From Planctomycetota bacterium (lineage in GTDB: Bacteria; Planctomycetota; UBA1135; GCA-002686595), in NCBI GenBank assembly GCA_031388685.1, contig JANMRV010000232.1:1-48286 (forward strand): a stretch of DNA of 48,286 nucleotides, given 5' to 3'. Shown here one piece after another: positions 1 to 9,164 of the stretch. A program made the translations under genes and the position numbers. How positions within the stretch are numbered: position 1 is the stretch's first letter; each line of letters opens with the position of its first letter. The notes below the pieces were generated by a model. That model searched no databases. It saw nothing but the letters and a program-made list of their open reading frames with translations, and was not told the DNA's origin.

Positions 1-261
1 GGCCCACGGCGAGCCGGCGCGCGACTCGCCTGCGACCGGCAGCGTGCGCTCGCCCGCCGGCGCCGCTTCCAGCGTGAAATCGGCGTGCTGCACCGCGAAG
101 CCGTCCACCGCGCTCTTGTTGAAAGGAGGTAAATCCAGGTCGGAAACCACGTCGCGGGCAAGAACCCGGCCCGGAGCTTGTTCCAATGGCGCGAGTTCGC
201 CTTGAGCGATCGGCTCGACGCGAGCCAGGATCTCGAAAAGGACCTCGCGGGGAGTGCGCAT
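1..261 (-). CDS. moeA: Molybdopterin molybdenumtransferase MoeA, N-terminal 87 codons (gene runs off the window start)
   Basis: Not in the ORF track because it is open to the window edge. Minus-strand ATG at 261..259 gives MRTPREVLFEILARVEPIAQGELAPLEQAPGRVLARDVVSDLDLPPFNKSAVDGFAVQ...LPVAGESRAGSP. This matches the MoeA N-domain pattern GR(I/V)LAxDVxS..d.PxFdxSAmDGyAV...PVaG.s.AG. Confidence 0.8.
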   Translation of the reverse strand, partial: MRTPREVLFEILARVEPIAQGELAPLEQAPGRVLARDVVSDLDLPPFNKSAVDGFAVQHADFTLEAAPAGERTLPVAGESRAGSPWA

Positions 262-382
262 CAGCGAAGTCTAGCGATCGCGATTGAATCGGCGCAGACT
301 CGCAAAGTAGGCAGACCGAAGTCACCCGCGCGCGCCCGTTTGATCGCTGCTCCCCCGTCCCAAGCACCGCCGTCTCCCCCCC

Positions 383-1909
383 ATGACCAACGCTTCGCGA
401 TTGGCAACCGTTGCGCTGCTTGTCTCCGCTCTCGTCGCCTGCAGAAAGTCCCCCGCCGAGTCGGGGTCGATCGAAGCCGCAACGATCAAGAAGCGCGATC
501 CGGCCAGGGTGCGGGTCGAGCCGGTCGTATGCCGCGAGATGCTGCGCATCCTCGAAACGACCACGCGGGTCGAGTCCGAGCATCAGGTGGAGGTGACCCC
601 GCGCTCCGCCGGCATCGTGACCGAAGTATTTGTCGAGGAGGGTGGGATTGTCACGCTTGGCCAGATCCTGGCTCGGATGGACCCGCGCGAACTCGCAATC
701 GCTGTTTCCGACGCCGAGGTGGCCTTGGAAGAGGCGCGCTCGGCTGAGCCGAGGCTCGACCTCAGCCGGCGCGAAGCCGAAGCGAAACTGGCGACCGCCA
801 AGCGCAGCTACGACCAGATCCAGCGCGACTTCGATCGCAACGTGGCGATCTCCCAAGCCAGCCCCGATCGGCCTGCGCTGCTCTCACCCAAGGACCTCGA
901 CGCTTCGCGGCTTGCCCGCGACAACGCGCTCGCCGAGACGAACAACGCCGCACTTGCCGTCGAGCGCGGACGGCTGGAGCAGGACAACGCGAAAACCGCG
1001 GCCCGTCGGGCCCAACTGACGCTTGACCGCGCTCGACTGAATCTCGAGAACGTGAACATCAGCGCGCCGTTCGCAGGGGTCCTCGCGGCGCGCAACATCA
1101 AGGTCGGTGACACGATCAACGTAGCGACGAGCGCGTTCACGCTCACCGATCCCGCGCACCTGCGTGTAGTTTTCTATCGCCCACAACGCGAACTCGGAAT
1201 GTTCATGAGCAAGCTTGCCAACTCAGATGCGCCGTCCGCGCAGCCGGGTGAGAGCCCACGCTCGGCCGAAGTCGAGTTGTTCGCGAGCGCGGAGGCGCTG
1301 CCGGGCAAGCGCTTCAAGGGCGCGATCTTGCGCATCGCCCCGACCATCGATCCGCAGTCCGGCAATTTCCGGGTGACCGCGAGCCTGAACGGAACGGCGG
1401 AGGGGGAGAGGGGTCTCGGCCTGCTTCCGGGAATGCTGGTGCGCCTCGAGATCATCACGGAACGCCGGGCCGCGGTGCTGGTAGTCCCCAAGCGGGCCTT
1501 GCGGCGCGAGGGCGATCTGAACATGGTCTTCGTCGTCCGCGACAACAAGGCCGTGCGCGTCGTCGTCAGCGAAGGCCTGGCCGATGGCGAAACGCTCGAA
1601 GTGACTCCGCTCGCCGGCGCACAATTGAAGCCTGGCGAATCCGTCGTGGTCGTCGGGAACCGGGATCTCGAGGACGGCGGCGAGGTTTCCGTCGCGGACG
1701 ATGGCGAGATCGCCGACGTACCGAAACCGAGTGCGATCGCCGAGGCCACTGCACGCAGCGACGGACACGCAGCTCCCACGAACGAAATCGAAACGCGAGC
1801 AGTCGATCCTGCTGCTGAGGCAGTGGCCGGCGAGGGTGCGGGCAAGCCTACGGCCGCTCCCGCGGAATCGAACGCACCCGCGCAGCCTGCCTCAGGCGGC
1901 GGGCAGTAG
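383..1909 (+). CDS. RND efflux periplasmic adaptor subunit (membrane fusion protein, HlyD/AcrA family), probable lipoprotein
   Basis: 508-aa ORF with a lipobox-like N-terminus (LLVSALVAC). It has MFP lipoyl/beta-barrel motifs (VTEVFVEEGGIVTLGQILARMDP; ISAPFAGVLAARNIKVGDTI) around a coiled-coil hairpin, and an Ala/Pro/Glu-rich tail. It lies directly upstream of two RND permeases. Confidence 0.85.
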   Translation: MTNASRLATVALLVSALVACRKSPAESGSIEAATIKKRDPARVRVEPVVCREMLRILETTTRVESEHQVEVTPRSAGIVTEVFVEEGGIVTLGQILARMDPRELAIAVSDAEVALEEARSAEPRLDLSRREAEAKLATAKRSYDQIQRDFDRNVAISQASPDRPALLSPKDLDASRLARDNALAETNNAALAVERGRLEQDNAKTAARRAQLTLDRARLNLENVNISAPFAGVLAARNIKVGDTINVATSAFTLTDPAHLRVVFYRPQRELGMFMSKLANSDAPSAQPGESPRSAEVELFASAEALPGKRFKGAILRIAPTIDPQSGNFRVTASLNGTAEGERGLGLLPGMLVRLEIITERRAAVLVVPKRALRREGDLNMVFVVRDNKAVRVVVSEGLADGETLEVTPLAGAQLKPGESVVVVGNRDLEDGGEVSVADDGEIADVPKPSAIAEATARSDGHAAPTNEIETRAVDPAAEAVAGEGAGKPTAAPAESNAPAQPASGGGQ

Positions 1910-1918
1910 GTTCCAGGC

Positions 1919-4900
1919 GTGAACCCTGTCGAAGTTCCGTCGCCCACGAGCGCCACCCCGCATGCCGAGCGCGCCAAGGGCCGGCTGGCCTTCGTCGTCG
2001 AGCGGCCGGTCGCGATCACGATGTTCATCGTCGCAATCGCTGTCTTCGGCTTCGTCGCTTTCGGCAAGCTGCGCGTCGATCTGCTGCCGGAAATCAGCTA
2101 CCCGACGATGACGGTGCGCACCACCTATAAGGGCGCGGCTCCCGAGGACATCGAGGACCGTATTTCTGAACGCATTCAGGAAGCACTTTCGACACTGCCG
2201 CGCCTGGTACGCTCGACTTCGATCTCGCGCGCCGAGACTTCCGACATCGTGCTCGATTTCGACTGGGGCACGGCGATGGCCTTCGCGGTGCAGGACGTGC
2301 GCGACAAGCTCGACGGCGTGTTCCTGCCCGACGGAGCCGAACGTCCGCTGATTCTGCGCTACGACCCCAATCTCGATCCGATCCTGCGCATCGGACTCTC
2401 GCTGCCCGAGAATCGCGCCGGCAAGTTCGAACGCGACAACGCGTTGATCCAACTGCGCTGGATCGCCGAAAACCGCATCCAGCGCGAGCTCGAGGGCATG
2501 CGAGGCGTCGCCGCGGTCCAAATTCGCGGCGGCCTGATCGAGGAAATTCGCGTCCGCAACGATCCGTTCAAGATGGCGGCGCAGGGACTCGACCCGGCGA
2601 AACTCGCCGCGCGACTGGCCCAAGAGAACATCAACGCGTCGGGCGGAATGATCCGCGAGGGTTCGACCGAGTACCTCGTGCGCACGCTCAACGAGTTCAA
2701 GGACGTGCACGAGATCGAGGAGCTGGCGCTCGAGCGACGCGGCGATGCGACGATTCGAGTGCGCGACGTGGCGACCGTCGAGCGCACGCATGCCGAACGC
2801 GAGGTCGTGACGACGCTCTCGGGATCCGAAGCCGTCGAGATCGCGATCTATCGCGAAGCCGGCTCGAACATCGTCGAGCTTGCCGCAAGCGTCAAGCAGA
2901 AGCTCTTCGGCGACGACGCCGCGCAGGCGGCCGCCAAGGATTTTTCAGAGCGCGGCAAGCGCGCGAATTCGCTGACGATCGAGGAGCGCGAAAAGGTGGA
3001 CTTCCTGGCCTGGCGCCTGCGCGACGAAGCGCGCATGGAGTTGCTCAGCGACCAGTCGACGTTCATCAAAGCCGCGGTCGACGACGTCAAGAGCTCGGCC
3101 CTCTTCGGCGCCATCCTGGCCATCGCCGTGCTGTGGGTATTCCTGCGCAACGCTACGAGCACGGTCATCATCGGCATCACGATCCCGATCTCGGTGGTCG
3201 CGACGTTCGCGCCGATGTTCATGACGGACGTGTCGCTGAACATCATGTCGCTGGGCGGCCTGGCACTGGGCGCTGGGATGCTGGTCGACAATTCGATCGT
3301 GGTCCTGGAGTCGATCGCGCGCTGTCGCAAGGAGGGCGATTCGATCGGCCAAGCCGCGATGCGCGGAACCTCGGAGGTCGTCGGCGCGGTGACCGCGTCG
3401 ACCCTGACCACCGTCGCGGTCTTCGCTCCGATCGTTTTCGTGCACGGCATCGCGGGCCAAATCTTCGGCGACCAGGCGGTCACCGTGGTCTGGTCGCAGG
3501 TGATTTCACTGGGCGTCGGCATCACCCTGATCCCGATGCTCGCCTCGCGCGTCTGGCTCTCGAAGGAAGGACTTGGTGCGGGAGTCGCACTGGCCACTCC
3601 GCTGACAGCGGACCTCGCCTGGTCATGGGGCACACTGGTTCCCAACGCCCTGCTCGTGCTGGGCCGCGGCCTCTTGTGGTCCCTCGGCGCGCTGACATTC
3701 CTCGCCGGAGCGCTGTTCAAGAGCACGGGCTGGCTGCTGGGCTGGATTCTCAAGCCCTTCCACTTCGTCTTCGAGTACCTGTGGGGCAGCGTCGAGCGCG
3801 CCTATCCCGCGGCGATCCGCAAGGCACTGCGCGCGCCCTGGCTCGTCGTGGCGATCACCGTCTCGCTCTCGGTCCTGGCTGCGTGGCGGATTCCGCATCT
3901 GGGCGTCGAGCTCCTGCCTGAGATGCAGCAGGGCGAGTTCACGCTGTACACCACGCTGGGCGTGGGCACTCCGCTCGAGACAACCGAAACGGTCATGTCG
4001 AAGCTGGAGCAAAGCGTGCGTAGCTTGCCCGGTGTGCAGACGACGGCGCTCACCGTCGGCGTTGAAAAGGAGACGTTGACGCGCGACATCGAGGGCAAGC
4101 ACACCGCGCGACTGACCGTTCGCCTCGATCCCACGGCTGCGGCCAACGGTGGCGAGGAGCGCCTGCTGGCCAAAGCGCGCGGCATCGTGGCGGCGGATCC
4201 GGCCGTGCGTTCGATCGACGTACGCAGGCCGACGCCGTTCTCACTGGATGCGCCGATCACAGTCGAGATCCTCGGGCACGATCTCGGGAAGATGGAAGTC
4301 GTCGCGGCTCAAGTGTTCAAGCTCGTTTCCATGGTCCCCGGGATCGAAGACGTGCGCACGACGATTCGACCGGGCCATCCTGAAGCGCGCGTGACCTTCG
4401 ACCGCGAGAAGACGCTGCAGTACGGACTCGACCTCGATCAGGTTTCGAAGCTGGTGCGCGATCAGGTGCTCGGAAACGTCAGCACGCGCTTCGACGAAGG
4501 CGAGGAGAAGATCGACGTGCGCGTGCAGGGCGACGAAGTCCTGCTGGCCAGCCTCGACCAGGTTCTCGACCTGGTGGTCAATCCGGGTGCCGCGACGCCG
4601 GTCGAACTGCGCTCCGTGGCCAGCATCGAACGCGTGCAAGGCCCCGCGGAAATCCGGCGCATGGGCAACACTCGCGCGATCCTCGTGACCGCAGCGGGCG
4701 CCGGACTGAATCTCGGGCAGCTCAACCGCGACATCGAACTGGAATTGGCCGGTATGACACCGCCCGAGGACGTGACCGTGCAGCTCGGCGGCCAGAAACG
4801 CGAGCTCGACGATGCACAGTCGAGCTTGCGCTTCGCGCTCTATCTCGCGATCTTCCTGGTCTACGTCGTGATGGCCTGCCAGTTCGAGTCGCTGCTGCAG

Positions 4901-5356
4901 CCGCTGATCGTTCTCGTGACGGTGCCGCTGGCCTTGGTCGGCGTGGTCTTCACGCTGGAAGCGCTCTCGGTTCCGATCTCGGTGACCGTCTTCCTCGGTG
5001 TGATCCTGCTCGCGGGCATCGTCGTCAACAACGCAATCGTGCTGATCGACCGCGTGAACCAGCAACGCACGGCGGGCATGGGTGTGGCCGAAGCTCTGAT
5101 CGAAGCCGGGGGGACGCGACTGCGGCCGATCATGATGACGATGGCGACCAGCGTGCTGGGATTGCTTCCGATGACCGGCTGGCTCGAGAAACTGCCTTTC
5201 CTTGCTTCGCTTTCCGGGGGTGAAGGGGCCGAGATCCGAGCGCCCATGGCGATCACCGTGATCGCGGGACTGTCGGTCTCGACGCTCTTGACCCTGATTG
5301 TGATCCCGGCTGTTTATTATCTGGTCTATCGCAAGGGCGAACGCGCGGCGGTCTAG
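1919..5356 (+). CDS. RND efflux transporter permease subunit 1 (AcrB/AcrD/AcrF superfamily)
   Basis: 1145 aa with a GTG start 10 nt after the adaptor stop. RND signatures are RPVAITMFIVAIAVFG (TM1), LGGLALGAGMLVDNSIVVLESI (TM4), AGIVVNNAIVLIDRV (TM10) and GTRLRPIMMTMATSVLGLLPM. The protein has the two-fold pseudo-repeat of porter domains. Confidence 0.9.
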   Translation: MNPVEVPSPTSATPHAERAKGRLAFVVERPVAITMFIVAIAVFGFVAFGKLRVDLLPEISYPTMTVRTTYKGAAPEDIEDRISERIQEALSTLPRLVRSTSISRAETSDIVLDFDWGTAMAFAVQDVRDKLDGVFLPDGAERPLILRYDPNLDPILRIGLSLPENRAGKFERDNALIQLRWIAENRIQRELEGMRGVAAVQIRGGLIEEIRVRNDPFKMAAQGLDPAKLAARLAQENINASGGMIREGSTEYLVRTLNEFKDVHEIEELALERRGDATIRVRDVATVERTHAEREVVTTLSGSEAVEIAIYREAGSNIVELAASVKQKLFGDDAAQAAAKDFSERGKRANSLTIEEREKVDFLAWRLRDEARMELLSDQSTFIKAAVDDVKSSALFGAILAIAVLWVFLRNATSTVIIGITIPISVVATFAPMFMTDVSLNIMSLGGLALGAGMLVDNSIVVLESIARCRKEGDSIGQAAMRGTSEVVGAVTASTLTTVAVFAPIVFVHGIAGQIFGDQAVTVVWSQVISLGVGITLIPMLASRVWLSKEGLGAGVALATPLTADLAWSWGTLVPNALLVLGRGLLWSLGALTFLAGALFKSTGWLLGWILKPFHFVFEYLWGSVERAYPAAIRKALRAPWLVVAITVSLSVLAAWRIPHLGVELLPEMQQGEFTLYTTLGVGTPLETTETVMSKLEQSVRSLPGVQTTALTVGVEKETLTRDIEGKHTARLTVRLDPTAAANGGEERLLAKARGIVAADPAVRSIDVRRPTPFSLDAPITVEILGHDLGKMEVVAAQVFKLVSMVPGIEDVRTTIRPGHPEARVTFDREKTLQYGLDLDQVSKLVRDQVLGNVSTRFDEGEEKIDVRVQGDEVLLASLDQVLDLVVNPGAATPVELRSVASIERVQGPAEIRRMGNTRAILVTAAGAGLNLGQLNRDIELELAGMTPPEDVTVQLGGQKRELDDAQSSLRFALYLAIFLVYVVMACQFESLLQPLIVLVTVPLALVGVVFTLEALSVPISVTVFLGVILLAGIVVNNAIVLIDRVNQQRTAGMGVAEALIEAGGTRLRPIMMTMATSVLGLLPMTGWLEKLPFLASLSGGEGAEIRAPMAITVIAGLSVSTLLTLIVIPAVYYLVYRKGERAAV

Positions 5357-5360
5357 TCCC

Positions 5361-8300
5361 ATGCAGAACGAACACGGCGAAACCACGCTGATCGATACGG
5401 GCTTCTTCGCCGGCCTGGTCCGCCATCCGGTCACGCTGCTCGTCCTGTTCGTGACACTGATGGTGATCGGCACGATCGCCTACGTGCGCATCCCGATGCA
5501 GATGATGCCGGACGGCATCGTCGAACCCGGCCTGCAGGTCTACGCGATTCATCCAGGCTCCAGCGCGGAAGAAAACGAAGAACAGGTCGCGCGCATTCTC
5601 GAGGAGGAAATTCGCACGATCGCGGGCATCGGCAGCATCTCTTCGACGTCCTCCGACGAACAGGTCGGCATTTCCGTGCGCTTCGACGCCGACACGGACA
5701 TGAACTTGGCCAAGGCGGAGATTCGCGACCGCATCGAACGAGCGCGTCCGAAGTTGCCGAGTACTGTGCGGGAGATCGGCATCTGGTCGTGGTCGAACTC
5801 CGACATGCCGGTCATGTTCTTCGCGATGCTGCATCCGGGCGACTCGCCGCGGACCGACTTCCTGATCGACACTGTGATCAAGCGCAGGCTCGAGGCCGTC
5901 GACGGGATCGGACGACTTGGACTGTGGGGCGTGCTCGATGACTCCGTGCGCATCGAATTGGACGAAGACCGCGTGCGCGCGGCCGGACTGAACCTCGGCG
6001 CGCTGATCGCCCGCCTCTCGGCGGACAACTTCGCGATGCCGATGGGCGAAGTCACGGATGGCGGTCGGCGGGTGCTCCTGCGCAGCGACATGCGCTTCAA
6101 GACCAAAGCGGAGATCGCCGCCTATCCGCTCGATGGCGGACTGGTGCTCGGCGACATCGGCCGCGTCATCGACGCCAAGAGCGTACGCGATCGCCTGTTC
6201 CGCATGGACGGCACCTATGCCTACTTCGGTGAGGTCCAGAAGGAAGCCCAGGCCAACGTGATCGAAGTCTGCGATCGGGTGAAGGCAACGCTGGATGAAC
6301 TGCAGGCGGATCCAAGGCTCGAGGGCGAATTCAAATTCCTGGTCTTCTTCAACCAGGGCGAGTTCATCCAGAACTCCGTCGGTCAGCTGCGCCATTCGGC
6401 GCTCGAGGGCGGGCTGCTTTCGATCGTGATCCTCTTTCTGTTCCTGCCGCGCGTGCGCCTGACAATGTGCATGGCGTTGGCAATTCCCTTTTCGGTGCTG
6501 ATCGCGATCGCTTGGGTCTTTTTCACTGGAGGCACATTCAATGTGCTGACCATGGCGGGCATCACGCTCGCCATGGGCATGCTGGTGGACAACGCCGTGG
6601 TCGTGGTCGAGAACATCACGCGCCTGCGCAACAAGGGGCTCGCGCCGATGGATGCCGCAGCGACGGGCACGCGCGAAGTCGCCTTGGCCGTGGTGCTTTC
6701 CACGCTGACGACAGTGGTCGTGTTCCTGCCGATGATTTTCATGAGCGAGAATCCCGTGCTGCGCATCATGTTCGGCGCACTCGGCCTGCCACTGTGCGTT
6801 TCGCTGGTGGCGAGCCTCGTGGTCGCGATGATCTTCTTGCCAGCGATCACTGCGCGCGTGCTCGTCCCCAGGCATCGTTACACCGAATGGCTCGCGAGCA
6901 AGATCGCTCCGATCGCAGCGGTCCCATCGCAACTGCTAGGTCTCGTGCTCGCGTTGCTGCGCATGCTCTCGTTCGCCGCCGTGGTTTTGCTTCACAAGCT
7001 GAACCGCATCCTGTTGGCGGGGTTCAGCTCACTGCAAGGTGTTGCGATCCTGCTGATTTCCGGCTGGCTCGCGCGCGAGATTTTTCAAGGCACGCAGCTG
7101 GGCGCTCAGCTGATCAGGCTCACTGCAAGCACATCAGGCGGCCCGCTGAGCGGACGCTTGATCCCGCTTGCGCTACTGGCTCTGGCCACGCTGCTCCTGC
7201 TCTTCGTCGTCTCGATCGGCCCGCAGCGCCGATACAAGGACGCGAACGCCAGTGCCGCGCGCTGGACTTTGCTGCTTGCGATCCTCGCGATCGCAGGCTG
7301 GCGAGCGAACGAGGTCGTTCAAGGTTCAGAGCTGGCTGCGCAATTCGCTTCGATCACAGGTCGCGCTTCGGGAGGCTTTCTGGGCGCAGGACTCCCCGCC
7401 GCGCTCGCCACGCTCGCTGCTGCGGCGCTACTTGCTGTGCTGCTTGTCGCGATCGGCGTTCGGCACTGGGCCGCGCGCTCGAACGCAGTGCCCGCGCCTC
7501 CGCCGCGCTGGCGACCGGCGGCGACCGGGATCGTCGACGGCGCGGTCGCCCTCAATCAGTCCCTGCTCCAGTGGACGCTTGGCAATCGTTTCTGGGCCAG
7601 CGTCGTCGCCACGCTCGTGCTCGTTTCCGTGGTCATCCCGCAGATGAACATGAAAATGGCCGCATTCGGCGAGGACGAAAACTCCGGCCGGGTGCGCGTC
7701 GAGGTCGAACTTGAAAACAACTTCACGCTCAAGCAGGCCGAGGCCGAGCTGGCCCACTACGAACAGTTCTTCAACGAGCGCAAGCTGCAGTATGGCTTCC
7801 AGCACATGGCCTGCCGCTTCAACAAGGACGGTGGCCGAGTCGATGCGTACTGGGACGGTCAGCGCACGAAGGAACAGCACGACCTCGTGATCGAGGACCT
7901 GCGCAAGCATCTCCAAGCGCGCCCCGGCCACACGCTGCACATCGGCGGCGACGACGGAGACCAGGCACGCAATCGCAATCTCGTCATTTTCCGGCTCGTC
8001 GGGCCGGAATCAGAAGAACTGTCGCGCCTGGGCCAAGAAGCCGTGCGCATTCTCGAGGCGCTCCCCGGCCTGGAAGACATCAAGTCGCCGCTGGCGACCG
8101 CGCCGGAGCAGGTGCGCGTCGTGTTCGACTCCGACCTGGCCAGCATGATGGGCGTCTCGCCCCAGAACGCTCTGCAAAACGTGGCCTGGGCCCTGCGCGG
8201 CTGGCAGTTGCCGCGCTTCCAGGAGCCGGGACGCGAAGTGCCGCTGATCATCGAGTACGACTCCGAGCGCACGGCCGGACTGTCGACCTTGCGCGACCTG

Positions 8301-9125
8301 GAAGTACGCGCTGCGACCAGCGCGGTTCCACTCTCGACCTTCTCCACGATCGAATACGCGCGCGCGAGCCGCACGATCGAACGTGTCGACGGCAAGACTT
8401 CGTTCCAGATCACGGCACGCGTCGACGATCCGCTGCGGCAACGCGAACTCTCAGACCTCGGGCTGGCAGCCCTGGGAGGCATCGAATTCCCGCGCGGCTA
8501 TTCCGTCATGGAAGACGACCTTGTCAGCGCACGGCAGGACTCGGAGATGAAAGAGATCTACTCGGCGCTGCTTCTGTCGATCGTGCTCGTCTTCCTATTG
8601 ATGGGCGTGCTGTCCGAATCGTTCCTGCTGCCAATCTCGATCCTTTTCACCATTCCATTCGCGATCGTCGGCGCACTGTGGACGATGTACGTGACGCATA
8701 CGGCCATGGATTCGATCGGCTGGATCGGCGTGATCATCCTGGTCGGCGTGGTCGTCAACCACGGAATCGTGCTGATCGACCGCATCCATCAACTGCGCAA
8801 CCAGGGCGTCGATCGCACGCTCTCGATTCTCGAAGGCAGCGCGAATCGCGTACGACCTGTCCTGATGACTGCATTGACGACTGTGGTCGGACTCCTGCCG
8901 ATGGCACTGACCGAGCCGCCGGGCGAAGGCATCGACTACCGTGCGCTGGCGACTTGCGTTGCAGGCGGCTTGAGCGTGTCTACGATCTCGACATTGTGGG
9001 TCGTGCCGCTCGCCTACGCGATGCTCGACGACCTGCGTATTGCATTCGCCGCGCGCGTGGTTCGCTGGCGCATGGGCAAGTTGCCGGCGCAGATCGCCGA
9101 AAAGCCGGCCCCTGCATCCGTCTGA
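5361..9125 (+). CDS. RND efflux transporter permease subunit 2, with a large duplicated TM insertion in the central linker
   Basis: 1254 aa, starting 5 nt after permease 1. RND signatures are GITLAMGMLVDNAVVVVENI, VGVVVNHGIVLIDRI and ANRVRPVLMTALTTVVGLLPM. About 250 extra residues lie between the two halves. Confidence 0.9.
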   Translation: MQNEHGETTLIDTGFFAGLVRHPVTLLVLFVTLMVIGTIAYVRIPMQMMPDGIVEPGLQVYAIHPGSSAEENEEQVARILEEEIRTIAGIGSISSTSSDEQVGISVRFDADTDMNLAKAEIRDRIERARPKLPSTVREIGIWSWSNSDMPVMFFAMLHPGDSPRTDFLIDTVIKRRLEAVDGIGRLGLWGVLDDSVRIELDEDRVRAAGLNLGALIARLSADNFAMPMGEVTDGGRRVLLRSDMRFKTKAEIAAYPLDGGLVLGDIGRVIDAKSVRDRLFRMDGTYAYFGEVQKEAQANVIEVCDRVKATLDELQADPRLEGEFKFLVFFNQGEFIQNSVGQLRHSALEGGLLSIVILFLFLPRVRLTMCMALAIPFSVLIAIAWVFFTGGTFNVLTMAGITLAMGMLVDNAVVVVENITRLRNKGLAPMDAAATGTREVALAVVLSTLTTVVVFLPMIFMSENPVLRIMFGALGLPLCVSLVASLVVAMIFLPAITARVLVPRHRYTEWLASKIAPIAAVPSQLLGLVLALLRMLSFAAVVLLHKLNRILLAGFSSLQGVAILLISGWLAREIFQGTQLGAQLIRLTASTSGGPLSGRLIPLALLALATLLLLFVVSIGPQRRYKDANASAARWTLLLAILAIAGWRANEVVQGSELAAQFASITGRASGGFLGAGLPAALATLAAAALLAVLLVAIGVRHWAARSNAVPAPPPRWRPAATGIVDGAVALNQSLLQWTLGNRFWASVVATLVLVSVVIPQMNMKMAAFGEDENSGRVRVEVELENNFTLKQAEAELAHYEQFFNERKLQYGFQHMACRFNKDGGRVDAYWDGQRTKEQHDLVIEDLRKHLQARPGHTLHIGGDDGDQARNRNLVIFRLVGPESEELSRLGQEAVRILEALPGLEDIKSPLATAPEQVRVVFDSDLASMMGVSPQNALQNVAWALRGWQLPRFQEPGREVPLIIEYDSERTAGLSTLRDLEVRAATSAVPLSTFSTIEYARASRTIERVDGKTSFQITARVDDPLRQRELSDLGLAALGGIEFPRGYSVMEDDLVSARQDSEMKEIYSALLLSIVLVFLLMGVLSESFLLPISILFTIPFAIVGALWTMYVTHTAMDSIGWIGVIILVGVVVNHGIVLIDRIHQLRNQGVDRTLSILEGSANRVRPVLMTALTTVVGLLPMALTEPPGEGIDYRALATCVAGGLSVSTISTLWVVPLAYAMLDDLRIAFAARVVRWRMGKLPAQIAEKPAPASV

Positions 9126-9151
9126 GCGACAATTCGGCGTCGCTCGCTTTT
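9124..9151 (+). terminator. Putative rho-independent terminator after the RND operon
   Basis: Stem GAGCGAC (9124-9130), 8-nt loop, stem GTCGCTC (9139-9145), then GCTTTTGG. It overlaps the stop codon of permease 2. The stem is short, so confidence is moderate. Confidence 0.45.
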
Positions 9152-9164
9152 GGTGCGCGTCAAC

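Noticed and set aside
178-747. 189-aa plus-strand ORF at the window start
   Set aside because: It overlaps the moeA 5' end (antisense) and the adaptor gene (out of frame). The composition is low complexity, Arg/Gly/Ala-rich.
4241-6932. 410-aa and 559-aa minus-strand ORFs (4241..5473, 5253..6932)
   Set aside because: Both are antisense to the RND permeases. The translations are His/Asp/Arg-rich with no domain signatures. The plus frames carry unmistakable RND motifs.
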